From IMG/VR virus record IMGVR_UViG_3300043122_000207, positions 64,001-128,000 of that record: a stretch of DNA of 64,000 nt; one strand, given 5' to 3'. A program made the translations under genes and the position numbers. Every line of letters starts with the position of its first letter. Within the stretch, counting starts at the first letter, position 1. Below are positions 39,322 to 49,571 of the stretch, piece after piece. The DNA comes from a virus. The notes beneath the pieces are model-generated. The model made no database searches and had not been told where the DNA came from. It saw only the letters and a program-made list of their open reading frames with translations.

Positions 39322-40198
39322 GAAATTGGGAGGTGAAGAAATGGTAAATGTAAAAGATTATATGTATTTTAAAAATTTATACGATGTTACAAACGATCCT
39401 AAAGTTTTTAGAGAAATAGGAGACGGGTTATATGAACTTATTGAAAAGACACCATTTTTCTTTGAGGTGTTTCGTCATGAGGATCTAATACATGAATATA
39501 TAGAAGAGATAATAGATGTTTTAAATTTTAAAAATAAAAAATCATGGATGGATTGTGACGAAGACTGCGGTAAGTGCCATATATATTGTGAGAAGGCTAT
39601 AGATATCATGTATCTACCTTTTTATAGGGGGTATCCGAAAGATAAAAAACTTTTGGATGAATTGATAGCAAGTTTTAATGATAATATGTTAATCGAGCAA
39701 TGTCCTAATCTAGCCATCTATTATTTGAATGAAGTTCCAGGTGAATTTGTTAAACTCTTAAATGAAAAGATGGTTTTAAATACACTTGTAGAAACCGTTG
39801 CAATATGGGTTGGTCAAGTTATAGAATGGTTGGGTTCACCAGTTGATTACCTTATGATGTATAAAAATATGCAGGGTATAACAGCTGAAAGTGACGACAA
39901 ATTCAATGAAGAAAGATTCGTGGTTGATAAGGATACGCCTATTGATTACGAGAAATACAGAGTTGTACCTATACTTTGTGATGAATTCTATCAAACATAT
40001 AAGGAACATATGTTGGAACTTATGTTTGAGTGGCTTTTAGATTATAAGTCAAGGGACTACATTATTTCTTATATAAATGATAATTTTGAAAAATTTGTGC
40101 GTTCCTTAACAGACATGTTACCATATTATGTGGATTCTAAAACAGACAATAAAATTTTAGCAAAGGATATAACAGAGAAATTGAGAGGAGGATATTGA
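39314..40198 (+). CDS. hypothetical protein with a Cys cluster (CDEDCGKCHIYC)
   Basis: ORF in operon; GGAGG RBS before MVNVK. Confidence 0.65.
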   Translation: MIEKLGGEEMVNVKDYMYFKNLYDVTNDPKVFREIGDGLYELIEKTPFFFEVFRHEDLIHEYIEEIIDVLNFKNKKSWMDCDEDCGKCHIYCEKAIDIMYLPFYRGYPKDKKLLDELIASFNDNMLIEQCPNLAIYYLNEVPGEFVKLLNEKMVLNTLVETVAIWVGQVIEWLGSPVDYLMMYKNMQGITAESDDKFNEERFVVDKDTPIDYEKYRVVPILCDEFYQTYKEHMLELMFEWLLDYKSRDYIISYINDNFEKFVRSLTDMLPYYVDSKTDNKILAKDITEKLRGGY

Positions 40199-41301
40199 TG
40201 CTGACATTGAGGGATGTGGAGAAGATAAGAGATTTAGTGGAAAGATACCAGTTAAGTGGTAACCCTTTCCATAAAGCTGTGATTTATTTTGAGTACGGTA
40301 TAGAGGGAGCTTTATATTTAAAAGAGTATTCAGTTGCAGCTACACTGATTAAAAAGAATCCTGGTTTAATAAATAAAGAATCAGCTAGGAAATTAAAATT
40401 CAGAGAAGAAATATTTAAGATGTTGGTTAATGATTTTAGAGCATCTAAAGAAAAGATAACAAAATCCACCTCTGATACAGAAGGACTGGAAATGATTATA
40501 GATATCTGTAAGGAGATAGAACCAACACATAACACAAAGAAATTAGATATGTCTTTTGTGTTTGATATTTATAGATTATATGCTGAATGTCCATTCTTTG
40601 AGGATTATGATTTTCTTACGGATGTTGCTTTCAAAGGCTTTATGGACACAACAGAATTCGTGGATAATTTATTTTATAAGTCCACGTTACACACTGCTGT
40701 GTTTGAATTATCTCAGACAATGATTAACATGGCACCATACATGGGAGTCTATCTAGATTTACTTGTGGCTTTAATGCATATTTTTGTGAGACTTTACTAT
40801 GGTGATGATATAATCGATAGAGGAGAAAGAAAGGTTTTAATGGAAGAGATAAAAGATTCCATTTGTGAATGTACTACAACAGTGGATACAGACACCATAT
40901 TGAAAACTATCGTTTATATTAAGTCAATGGAAAGAACATCTAAATTCTATATCGATAAATTTGAATACGAACTACCTTCAGATAGGGATGAAGAATCAGC
41001 CCAGATGGAGATAATTGATAATCTTTATGATTATTTGGAAAAGAGAATAGATAATGAATATGAAGATATCAAATACGATGATATTGAAATTATCGATGTG
41101 GTTCAAGAACTCACTCATGAAAATGGTTTAAGAAGAGTGGCAGTATATAAATATATCAAAGACAACATACTTGATTTCAATGTTGAAGGTTTCTACGATG
41201 TTCAAAAAGAAGTCTATCTTTTAGATTTAATTGATAATGACACAAATACCAATGTCAGCGAAGATATGGACATCGAGGAGAACAACGAAGATTTAAAATA
41301 A
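40195..41301 (+). CDS. hypothetical acidic helical protein
   Basis: Coupled to the upstream gene, GGAGG RBS. Confidence 0.65.
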   Translation: MMLTLRDVEKIRDLVERYQLSGNPFHKAVIYFEYGIEGALYLKEYSVAATLIKKNPGLINKESARKLKFREEIFKMLVNDFRASKEKITKSTSDTEGLEMIIDICKEIEPTHNTKKLDMSFVFDIYRLYAECPFFEDYDFLTDVAFKGFMDTTEFVDNLFYKSTLHTAVFELSQTMINMAPYMGVYLDLLVALMHIFVRLYYGDDIIDRGERKVLMEEIKDSICECTTTVDTDTILKTIVYIKSMERTSKFYIDKFEYELPSDRDEESAQMEIIDNLYDYLEKRIDNEYEDIKYDDIEIIDVVQELTHENGLRRVAVYKYIKDNILDFNVEGFYDVQKEVYLLDLIDNDTNTNVSEDMDIEENNEDLK

Positions 41302-41406
41302 ATTTCCTTAGCCTATAACAAAAAAATAGATAAGGAAATATAATTATATATTATTAGAGTGAAGCAAGTTGAATATTAAAAAAAAAATTAAAAAGGAGAT
41401 GGTCAA

Positions 41407-42192
41407 ATGAAAAAAGATATTGATAATTTTGAAAATGACAACAATGGTAATGAAAGAGACAATAATCAAAGTAGGGGGAATAAAAAAATGAGCAACGAGA
41501 GACCAAAGAAAACAAGTCTAAAAGATAGTTTCAACGACAGAGATTTCAGCCCACAACACAGTGGTGTTAATTTGGGTTCAGTGAAGGAATATGACGAACC
41601 TGAATTATTAGTTACTAATTTAAGCTATCAAGCAATCTCAGATTTCCTGCTTGAGAACATACAGGAAATTAAACCTGAAAAGGTTAACTGGGAAAGGTTT
41701 GATATCGAATCACTTGCTAGTCAAATTCAAGTTGACAGTGAGGCTGCTATTGATACCATTTGTAAAATTAGTGGTGCAAACTATCGTGATGGTAGATTCA
41801 CAGATTTCTTCGATGCTATTCCTATTTTAGTATTTAAGAAATTGGATGTTGTTGAGAAGCTATCTGTAGATGAAGATTTGGGAGCACTGTCTAGAGAAGA
41901 ATATGAAATTGATTTCTCTAAGATTAAGCAGAAGAATCGTAGATTTTTCCCAAGCCACGGTATGGTTGCTAGTGTGGATAAGGTTAATGAATTGGTGTCA
42001 GTTAATGTTAACATCATTTCAGTGATTGTTTCTGCATTAGGTTATGATCCTGCTAGATTCGGTAGACCTAGTGAAAGAAACAAGTTATTCTTATATACAA
42101 AACAGCAACCACAATCCAGGAACTTTAAAATTGCTATTGCAAATAATAAGTTTCTAGATGATAGATTATTTGATTTACTACAAAGAATTTAA
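41407..42192 (+). CDS. hypothetical protein with both promoter motifs upstream
   Basis: Both motif types upstream, AAGGAG RBS, own terminator at 42235. Confidence 0.7.
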   Translation: MKKDIDNFENDNNGNERDNNQSRGNKKMSNERPKKTSLKDSFNDRDFSPQHSGVNLGSVKEYDEPELLVTNLSYQAISDFLLENIQEIKPEKVNWERFDIESLASQIQVDSEAAIDTICKISGANYRDGRFTDFFDAIPILVFKKLDVVEKLSVDEDLGALSREEYEIDFSKIKQKNRRFFPSHGMVASVDKVNELVSVNVNIISVIVSALGYDPARFGRPSERNKLFLYTKQQPQSRNFKIAIANNKFLDDRLFDLLQRI

Positions 42193-42293
42193 GTATATCA
42201 AATAGTTTAATTTATTATAATAAATTAAATAATTCTGGGGATTCAGTTCCCCAGATTATTTTTTTAGCCAAAAGATGAAAGGGGTGTTGAATC

Positions 42294-43061
42294 GTGGATG
42301 TATACAGAAAAAATTTCTTTAAGAATTTAGGTATATCAGAAGACAAATATAATTTTATTGCAAAGCACATAAGTAACTATGATGATGAGATATCCAGAGA
42401 ATATATAAAATCTAAAAGACTCAGCCCTAAAACAGTAAATAAAATAGATATTGAAAAAATAATATATAGATTAGGGTTTGAAGAATTTTTAAAAGATTTT
42501 AAAATGTATCTTTGGTCTGTTGAAATACCTTCATTAAGGAAGCTGGATGACGTTGTTTTAAAAGAAAGGGTAAAGTCAACTTTATTTTATTACTTGGAGA
42601 CTGAGGTTAGACTTGTCGTTTCTATTTTACACAATAGAGGTATGGATGATATAATCCAACTTGAAAAAGAAAATAATATGCAACATACAAAAACATGGTA
42701 TGATTTGTACCATGATGATCTTGGGTTTTTAAATCAAAATAATAAAATGGATTTTCTCTATAAAATAAAGGATAAAGATGTAAGAGAAGAGGTTGATTTA
42801 TTTTATAGATTCTTCCAAAGAGAAGAGGTTCTATTTTTGTTCCATAAATTCAATAGATATTCTCCAGCAGAAATGAATGCACTATATTTAGATAATGAAA
42901 ATTTAAATGATATACTAGAAATCTATTATCATTTTATAGAAACTTTAATGGACAGGGGATCTGGTATTCATATGAAAGAAGTTGAAGAAATTGTGAAAGA
43001 AGATTATCTAAAAGAAAATAAAGTAAAATATATTTTGAGTGGTGGTCACAATGGATATTGA
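42294..43061 (+). CDS. hypothetical protein
   Basis: AAGGGG RBS, GTG start. Confidence 0.65.
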   Translation: MDVYRKNFFKNLGISEDKYNFIAKHISNYDDEISREYIKSKRLSPKTVNKIDIEKIIYRLGFEEFLKDFKMYLWSVEIPSLRKLDDVVLKERVKSTLFYYLETEVRLVVSILHNRGMDDIIQLEKENNMQHTKTWYDLYHDDLGFLNQNNKMDFLYKIKDKDVREEVDLFYRFFQREEVLFLFHKFNRYSPAEMNALYLDNENLNDILEIYYHFIETLMDRGSGIHMKEVEEIVKEDYLKENKVKYILSGGHNGY

Positions 43062-43908
43062 TTTATCTAGAAGAATAATGTTTGATCTTTTAAAATTTAA
43101 AGATAATGAAAACATCCATATGGATGAATACAATACAGTAATAATTAATCTAAATAGTGTCTTCTCTACAACATTTTATGAGAGTATGATTAATGAATTT
43201 CTGGTAGATGAAGATAAGATGTCAGAATATGTGTCTTCAGTTAGTGAGATGTTTAAATTGGTTTTAACATCACTTAGAACCAAAAGGGTAATACTTATAT
43301 ATTCAAATGAGGTTTCTAACTTTGTTAAAATATACCCTAAATGGAGACACAACAGATACGATAATAAAAAGAAGAATGAATTTGCAAAGATGATTTTCGA
43401 ACATTTTGTGGATATATTCAACCAATTGAAAAAAGCAAGTCCACTTATAGAAATCATTAATACCAAACAGTTTGACCCGGCTGTTTTCACACACGCTTTC
43501 ATATTACTAAGAGATTACAAAAAAGAAATACTTTTGATTTCAAGAGATAGGTTGGATTTCTTAAACTTAATAAATGAAAACGTGACAATGTTTGATGGGC
43601 AAGAAACATATACAAAAGAAAACTTCTGTGAAAATACAGTTAAGAAATTACCCAATATAGATATAGAGTTCTTAAAATATTATTATACTATCCGGGGTAT
43701 AAAAAAATATGATTATCCAGGTGTGAGGGGTAAAGGAAGAAAGAGGACTATTAAATATATTGAAAGTAATCTTGATAGAATAGTGGATGGTGAAGATGAA
43801 AAGATACACCCATATATAAAGATATTCGATTTTGATTTATTTATTGAAAACTTAGATGAAGAAGAATACCAGACACTTTTAGATATTGTAAATAAGTCTA
43901 AATTCTAA
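43039..43908 (+). CDS. RNase H / 5'-3' exonuclease (FEN/T4 rnh-like)
   Basis: IINLNS, LLISRDRLDFLNL and H3TH-like RGIKKYDYPGVRGKGRKRT. Confidence 0.75.
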   Translation: MVVTMDIDLSRRIMFDLLKFKDNENIHMDEYNTVIINLNSVFSTTFYESMINEFLVDEDKMSEYVSSVSEMFKLVLTSLRTKRVILIYSNEVSNFVKIYPKWRHNRYDNKKKNEFAKMIFEHFVDIFNQLKKASPLIEIINTKQFDPAVFTHAFILLRDYKKEILLISRDRLDFLNLINENVTMFDGQETYTKENFCENTVKKLPNIDIEFLKYYYTIRGIKKYDYPGVRGKGRKRTIKYIESNLDRIVDGEDEKIHPYIKIFDFDLFIENLDEEEYQTLLDIVNKSKF

Positions 43909-44015
43909 TAGGTTGGTTAAATTTAAAGAGGGGTGTACCCTCTTTTTTTGTGAATTAAGCAGTATTCAACAACTATATTAGATATCGATTACTTTTATTT
44001 AAGGAGGAAAAATAG

Positions 44016-45083
44016 ATGATTGTAGAACAGCAAATAGGTGAGATTCTCGGTACCATTTTATCTTCTAAGGTTTCTCTATCTATCAAAAAAACATTATTTA
44101 ATACCATATCAAAAAACACTAGCATCACACGTTCTGCTCAGGGTAGTTCTATTGTGTTTCCTGTTATCGCCACAGATGACATCACAAAAGATGTTACCAT
44201 GGAATTAGCGAAATCAGCAGAAGTTAAAATTGCATATGATATTAAAAGAATTTTAGAAAGAGACATTGCATCTGGACCAGATAAGGTAAATTATCAATCC
44301 GTAGTAGAAATGCTTCCTTTTGACAACTCTGGTGCTGTTGATTTGGCAACACTTAATGGTTTAAAAAATAGTGAATTAGATGCTAAGATCACATTAGAGA
44401 GAGAGGCTATTGATTACGTAGCTTCCAGAATTAAAGACGTCAATGTTGAAGTTTATTCAGAAGCTAAATCTTATCTTATTAAAGAAAGAGGTTCTGAACC
44501 AACAAATATTGAAATAGAAGTTAAATATGTTACCGGTGGTAATAAAAATGAAATTAAATCAATAAGATACAATATGGCTATTCAAGCTGTACCTAGATAT
44601 GTGCCAGCGACTACATTAAGGATGAAGTTATCAACATATGATACAAAGAGATTTTTTAAAAGGTTCGTTTCTTTAACAAATCCAGAAAAACATTTCGTTA
44701 AAGATTTTTTAATTGACTATGATGTTATGAAAGAGATGGCTAAAGAAAGAACTAAGAAAAACAGTGTGTTTAAAGAGATAGAGCAAGCCAGACTCAAAAA
44801 AGACATGGGGTTACAAAAATACCCATTCTCAGTATTTCTGGTCACAAAAGATTTTGTAGATAAGTTAGAGTCTTCTGAAAAAATGGACATGTATAATGAA
44901 AGCCAGATGATTATGAAAAAACTGATGGCAATGGGTATCTATATTTATGATACAGATACCGATTTAGTAGAAATCAAATACGATGGAGATAAAGTTTTTA
45001 CAAAATATCCATTTGATGAAGTTGCTAAAGACACCAGTAGATACGAAAAGGAATTAAAACAGTTAGTTAGACTAAATAAATAA
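44016..45083 (+). CDS. putative virion (head) structural protein
   Basis: Late-type promoter at 43968, AAGGAGG RBS. Confidence 0.5.
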   Translation: MIVEQQIGEILGTILSSKVSLSIKKTLFNTISKNTSITRSAQGSSIVFPVIATDDITKDVTMELAKSAEVKIAYDIKRILERDIASGPDKVNYQSVVEMLPFDNSGAVDLATLNGLKNSELDAKITLEREAIDYVASRIKDVNVEVYSEAKSYLIKERGSEPTNIEIEVKYVTGGNKNEIKSIRYNMAIQAVPRYVPATTLRMKLSTYDTKRFFKRFVSLTNPEKHFVKDFLIDYDVMKEMAKERTKKNSVFKEIEQARLKKDMGLQKYPFSVFLVTKDFVDKLESSEKMDMYNESQMIMKKLMAMGIYIYDTDTDLVEIKYDGDKVFTKYPFDEVAKDTSRYEKELKQLVRLNK

Positions 45084-45092
45084 TAAAGGAGG

Positions 45093-46088
45093 TTGACATA
45101 TATGGCTGTCACTAATGAAGATGCTTATACATTGTATGCGAGTGAGTTGTCTGAAAAAAGTTATAGAAACTATTATTCAACATTAGTAAAAGAATCCCCC
45201 AGTGATTTTGGTAAGAAAGGTAATACTTCGGATTCTGTTGTTGGGAAAGTTTCAGTGAAACTCATTTCGGCAATCACTAAAAAGATGAAGAAGATAAAGG
45301 TACATGAGATTATGGAGTCCAAAGGTGATATTAAAAAAATAAACTATTATAAAGATTTCACACGTTTAAATAAACTTTTAGAATCATATCAAAAGGGTAT
45401 GAAGAATAAATCCAAATATGCAAATATTTATTTAGACACTTTCGATTTCATGATGAAACACAGAAGAGATTTCAGAAAATCTTTTAAGAACAACGAGGAA
45501 AATGTTATGTCCTTATTTTATGCAGGACTTATTCTTTATATGATAGAGATGGCAACAGTTTTATCATCTGCTCTTTTAGAGTGGGCTAAAGAAGGTGAAG
45601 ATTTAGATAAAACGATTGGTAATAAAAAGGAATTCAAAACTCCTTTCATTAAAACTGAAGATATATTGAGTGATGATGGTTTAAAGAAATTCTTTAAGAT
45701 TGATTTCTCTAAAGAATTGATTGGTGAATCTGATATTTTTAACGGTGAATTTATCACTATGTATTCAGAGGCTTCTTTAAACGATACACTTAGAATTTTT
45801 TCTATGGGACTTGCATATTTATTATATAAGATAACAGCTTTTTTAAGATACATAGTATATCTTTTCTTCTATGCTAAATTTTCTCTGGAAAAGAAAATTG
45901 AAAAGATTAATGACACATTAGATTTATATAGTGAAAAGGATAGTGAGAAAAGAAAAAGAGCAATGGATGAAGCCTCTAAAGAAGATAGACAATATAAGGT
46001 TTCAACTATTGAAGCAGTAAGTGATACAGAAAAACAGATCAAAAAAGATAAAGTTGAAGTTGAAGATGAAGACGGTTTTAGTCTTTAA
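45093..46088 (+). CDS. putative virion (head) structural protein
   Basis: Co-transcribed with 44016; AAGGAGG RBS, TTG start. Confidence 0.5.
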   Translation: MTYMAVTNEDAYTLYASELSEKSYRNYYSTLVKESPSDFGKKGNTSDSVVGKVSVKLISAITKKMKKIKVHEIMESKGDIKKINYYKDFTRLNKLLESYQKGMKNKSKYANIYLDTFDFMMKHRRDFRKSFKNNEENVMSLFYAGLILYMIEMATVLSSALLEWAKEGEDLDKTIGNKKEFKTPFIKTEDILSDDGLKKFFKIDFSKELIGESDIFNGEFITMYSEASLNDTLRIFSMGLAYLLYKITAFLRYIVYLFFYAKFSLEKKIEKINDTLDLYSEKDSEKRKRAMDEASKEDRQYKVSTIEAVSDTEKQIKKDKVEVEDEDGFSL

Positions 46089-46095
46089 AATATAC

Positions 46096-46115
46096 GGTAG
46101 GGGTAAAACCCTACC
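46096..46115 (+). terminator. intrinsic terminator
   Basis: GGTAGGG-GTAAAA-CCCTACC followed by TT. Confidence 0.8.
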
Positions 46116-46177
46116 TTATTTATTTTTATTATTTTATAACAGTTATATATTATAAGGATAGAAGGAGATGATTATAA

Positions 46178-46492
46178 ATGGAAAAGAGAGCTAAATTTAT
46201 TAAAGAGTATATTGAAAAGGTTGAAAATTTTAGGAATGCAGTAGAGGATTTAGATGGAATCAGAAATGAAATAAGAGAAGAGAATAGAGAACTTTATGAT
46301 ATCATTGATCAAATTGACAGGGTGGTTAGATTATCTAATGACGATTTGGATTTCAGTTTTGATGAAGTGTTTGAACACACTATTAAAAAATGTAGTCTAG
46401 TAAAGATGATAGGTGTTGATAATTTTAATGAGAAGGCAATATGGGACTTGGGCAATACACTATTAGATGAATCAAGAAGGGGTGACGAATAA
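46178..46492 (+). CDS. hypothetical early protein
   Basis: Early motif at 46143, AAGGAG RBS. Confidence 0.65.
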   Translation: MEKRAKFIKEYIEKVENFRNAVEDLDGIRNEIREENRELYDIIDQIDRVVRLSNDDLDFSFDEVFEHTIKKCSLVKMIGVDNFNEKAIWDLGNTLLDESRRGDE

Positions 46493-46726
46493 ATGTACAC
46501 TGTTAGCTTGAGATTTGATGGTAAGGATAATAATGAAAAAGAAATAGTTGTTCACTCTAATGTCAAACCTGAATTAAAATGGGCGTTGAAAGTAAACCAC
46601 AAAAATATAATCTATATTCTTAGAATTGATGATGTGGTGTTGGATACAACAGCCAATACCGATTACATTATATGCAAGTGTAATGTTTTAAAAAAGATAT
46701 ATGATGGTGGTGAGAAAAATGAATAG
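46493..46726 (+). CDS. hypothetical protein
   Basis: Coupled in operon. Confidence 0.6.
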   Translation: MYTVSLRFDGKDNNEKEIVVHSNVKPELKWALKVNHKNIIYILRIDDVVLDTTANTDYIICKCNVLKKIYDGGEKNE

Positions 46727-47678
46727 AGATATTAATGTTCGGGATATAGATAATATGAGTGACCTTTCTTTTTATAAAGCTATTGGTACTTGGGGTGGGA
46801 GTTTCTTAGTTTATTATATCAATAATGCTGAACCAAATGAAGAATATGTAAGAAGACTTTCTATGATTAATTTAGTGAGTGAAGATATAATACTTTCCCA
46901 CAAGGAGTTAGAAGTGTTCCATCACCGCTCTAAAGATATATTGCCTGACGGTTTTTCTATTTTAGATGCACTGAGTGTTTTTAAAAATATGGATAAGATA
47001 AAGGTGATTGATTCTATAGGGGATGTTAGTTTCTTGAATAATTTCAATTTTCCTATTAAGGTTGATTTGATAGTAAAAGAAGACATACCAAAATACTTAG
47101 AGTATCTATTTACAGAAAACAAAAATGAATTGCTGGAAGATTTATTTTTAGAGACTATACTAAAAGAAATTTCTAACAATGAAAAAATATACCAATTCGC
47201 ATATGAGATTTTCGAATTTTATGATTACAATATAAATGGGTTTGGTTTACAAGAAAATCCAGGGTATTTTGATTTAGAAAATAAATATAAGGATAAAGAT
47301 TTAAAGATAACGAAAAAAGAAGCAGAAGAAATAGATTTTGATGGTGTTGTCGTATTAGAGGGTTTATCTAAACCTTATATGAAAGATATAGTTGGATGGT
47401 ATATACATGTGCTAGAGGAAGTAGAAGATTTAAAAATAATAAATAAATATAAATTTCTAGGTGGGGATATGGATGATTTGACTAATAAATTATATAGAGC
47501 TATAGTGGATAATCTCATATATTACCATGAAGATGATAATATTAGTTTTTATGATGGTTATACAGATGAGTCTCTATCCATTCATATCGGTATTTCTCCT
47601 ATATTCTATTATGAGAAAGATGAAAGTTTCGAAAATAAAGGTGACTTGATAGATGCAATAATGGGTTATGTATCATAA
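46701..47678 (+). CDS. paralogue-family protein (unknown function)
   Basis: Shares the N-terminal GxxFLxxYIN domain and C-terminal FYYEKD with 51132. Confidence 0.7.
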   Translation: MMVVRKMNRDINVRDIDNMSDLSFYKAIGTWGGSFLVYYINNAEPNEEYVRRLSMINLVSEDIILSHKELEVFHHRSKDILPDGFSILDALSVFKNMDKIKVIDSIGDVSFLNNFNFPIKVDLIVKEDIPKYLEYLFTENKNELLEDLFLETILKEISNNEKIYQFAYEIFEFYDYNINGFGLQENPGYFDLENKYKDKDLKITKKEAEEIDFDGVVVLEGLSKPYMKDIVGWYIHVLEEVEDLKIINKYKFLGGDMDDLTNKLYRAIVDNLIYYHEDDNISFYDGYTDESLSIHIGISPIFYYEKDESFENKGDLIDAIMGYVS

Positions 47679-47823
47679 GCTGGGTTTACACTCAGCTTTT
47701 TTTTATTTTTCAGTAACAATCTTTTGAAGGATTGTACAAATTCCTTTTGATTATATATTATATAGACGAAACAAATAAAATATTAAAAGGAAAACAATTT
47801 ATTTATCATAATAAGGAGATGAT

Positions 47824-49194
47824 ATGGAGATGGGTAGAAAAGGACTTAGTTTTTCATTTTTGAATTTAGAAAAATTAGTTAAAAAAGACATTAAGAATGA
47901 AACTGGTTTTATGTTGGATACCAGTATAAACTACCTTTATTTGTACAAAGAGGAAATGTTAATGAGTGATTCTATTTATTCTAGAAAGTTTGGAATAAGT
48001 GAATCAGACCCTAAAAGTATACTGGCTTATCTTTACACATGTAAATGTGAGAATTTATTAGGTCAGAATAATAAAGGGAGAGTTTGTCCTGAGTGTGGTT
48101 ATAAAGTAAAAAAACAAGAGTTCCCAATAACGATAAGAGCTTGGGGTAAAATAGCACCACATAAAATAATGACTTATGCAGGTTTACTACACTTTAGAAC
48201 TGTACTTGGGAGAAAGAACTTTAAGAAATTTTTGAATGGGAAGTTAAAAACAGAGGACGGAAGTAAAATAAAGGTTACAGAATTATATGAGAAATTTGAT
48301 ATAGTTTTAAAGAAGGTAGGTAAATCATCTAAATCAGACACCACTAAATTTCTTTTAAAACACAAAGAAGATTTCTTCACATCGTATATACCTGTGATAA
48401 GTAAGAAAACAAGGTATTTACACAGGAGCGAGAATATCGTTCCCCATTATACAATTCATGATATGAATAGTATATACACATCAATATCTGGTGACATACA
48501 AACTCTAAGGGATTACTGTGATAGAGAAAATACCCCAAAGATTACAGAAAATACTGTTAGAGCTATACAGAGAAAATACTGGGATTTAAACGACAACTTA
48601 ATAACAGAAATAGTCGGTGGGGGTAAAGAAAAGATATTACGTAACGAGATATTCGCAACAAGATTACCCTTTACTTCACGTTGTGTGATTGTGCCACATG
48701 TCACCAAACATATTGATGCGATAACTGTACCTTATGATGTCTTTAGAGGTATATTTAGAAGAGAGATATTTGATGTTCTAGTCAATAATGGGATGCCAGT
48801 AGATAGAGCTTATAGGTTTATTGATATTAATATCGATCTAAGAGAAGACGATAAGAAAGTTCTTGATGAGATACTGGAAAAAGATATCGAGAACAATTAT
48901 GTTCTCGTCAATAGACAACCGACATTAAAATTTGAATCCACCAAATCATTGAGGATATCAAGTCTCGAAGATGAAAATGTATTAAGGATACCTTCTGTTC
49001 TGCTTGAAGGATACAATGGTGATCATGACGGTGATGCACTTACTATGACACACCAAGATAGAGATTTATATATGGACATCCATGTGTATATGCAACCTAA
49101 AGTACACATAGTAGATTATAAAAGGAAAGTTAATGAGGGGTTAAGTCTAATAAAATCTCAGTCATTAATATTTAAATCTAGTTTAGAAGAGTAG
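47824..49194 (+). CDS. RNA polymerase beta-prime N-terminal (catalytic) subunit, probably non-virion RNAP
   Basis: Zn finger CKC...CPECG, FTSRCVIVP, VLVNRQPTL and catalytic YNGDHDGD. Confidence 0.9.
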   Translation: MEMGRKGLSFSFLNLEKLVKKDIKNETGFMLDTSINYLYLYKEEMLMSDSIYSRKFGISESDPKSILAYLYTCKCENLLGQNNKGRVCPECGYKVKKQEFPITIRAWGKIAPHKIMTYAGLLHFRTVLGRKNFKKFLNGKLKTEDGSKIKVTELYEKFDIVLKKVGKSSKSDTTKFLLKHKEDFFTSYIPVISKKTRYLHRSENIVPHYTIHDMNSIYTSISGDIQTLRDYCDRENTPKITENTVRAIQRKYWDLNDNLITEIVGGGKEKILRNEIFATRLPFTSRCVIVPHVTKHIDAITVPYDVFRGIFRREIFDVLVNNGMPVDRAYRFIDINIDLREDDKKVLDEILEKDIENNYVLVNRQPTLKFESTKSLRISSLEDENVLRIPSVLLEGYNGDHDGDALTMTHQDRDLYMDIHVYMQPKVHIVDYKRKVNEGLSLIKSQSLIFKSSLEE

Positions 49195-49196
49195 GT

Positions 49197-49571
49197 GTGG
49201 TTATGTATATATACGATCATAAAGATCTATTGGGGTGTATGAACCCCAACGATATCCTACCAAAAACAAGGGTTAGGTTATTGATGGAAAATGATTTTTT
49301 GTATTATTTGTACGCTCCTTGTAGTGGAGAGAGTGTTAAAATCTTTTATTATAGAAAAATGGAAAAGATAAAAGACGAGAATGATGCAAGGAAATTGATT
49401 AACCATATTATGAATATGCGTAAAGATAACCTTCATAGAATCTTGGGGGATGAAATCTTTTTGAATGATTTGATTGAAGGGTTAACATTTGATCTTGATG
49501 TGAATATAGAAAAATATAACTTGATAGATTATATTGCATATGAAAAATATAGATATCATAATGGAGGATGA
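49197..49571 (+). CDS. short paralogue-family-like protein
   Basis: RILGDEIFLNDLIEGLTFDL matches the second family motif. Confidence 0.55.
   Translation: MVMYIYDHKDLLGCMNPNDILPKTRVRLLMENDFLYYLYAPCSGESVKIFYYRKMEKIKDENDARKLINHIMNMRKDNLHRILGDEIFLNDLIEGLTFDLDVNIEKYNLIDYIAYEKYRYHNGG

Noticed and set aside
38803-49194. Chimallin or PhuZ tubulin near the RNAP genes
   Set aside because: No ORF of suitable size (about 600 aa) and no tubulin GGGTGSG motif in the window; they could lie elsewhere in the genome
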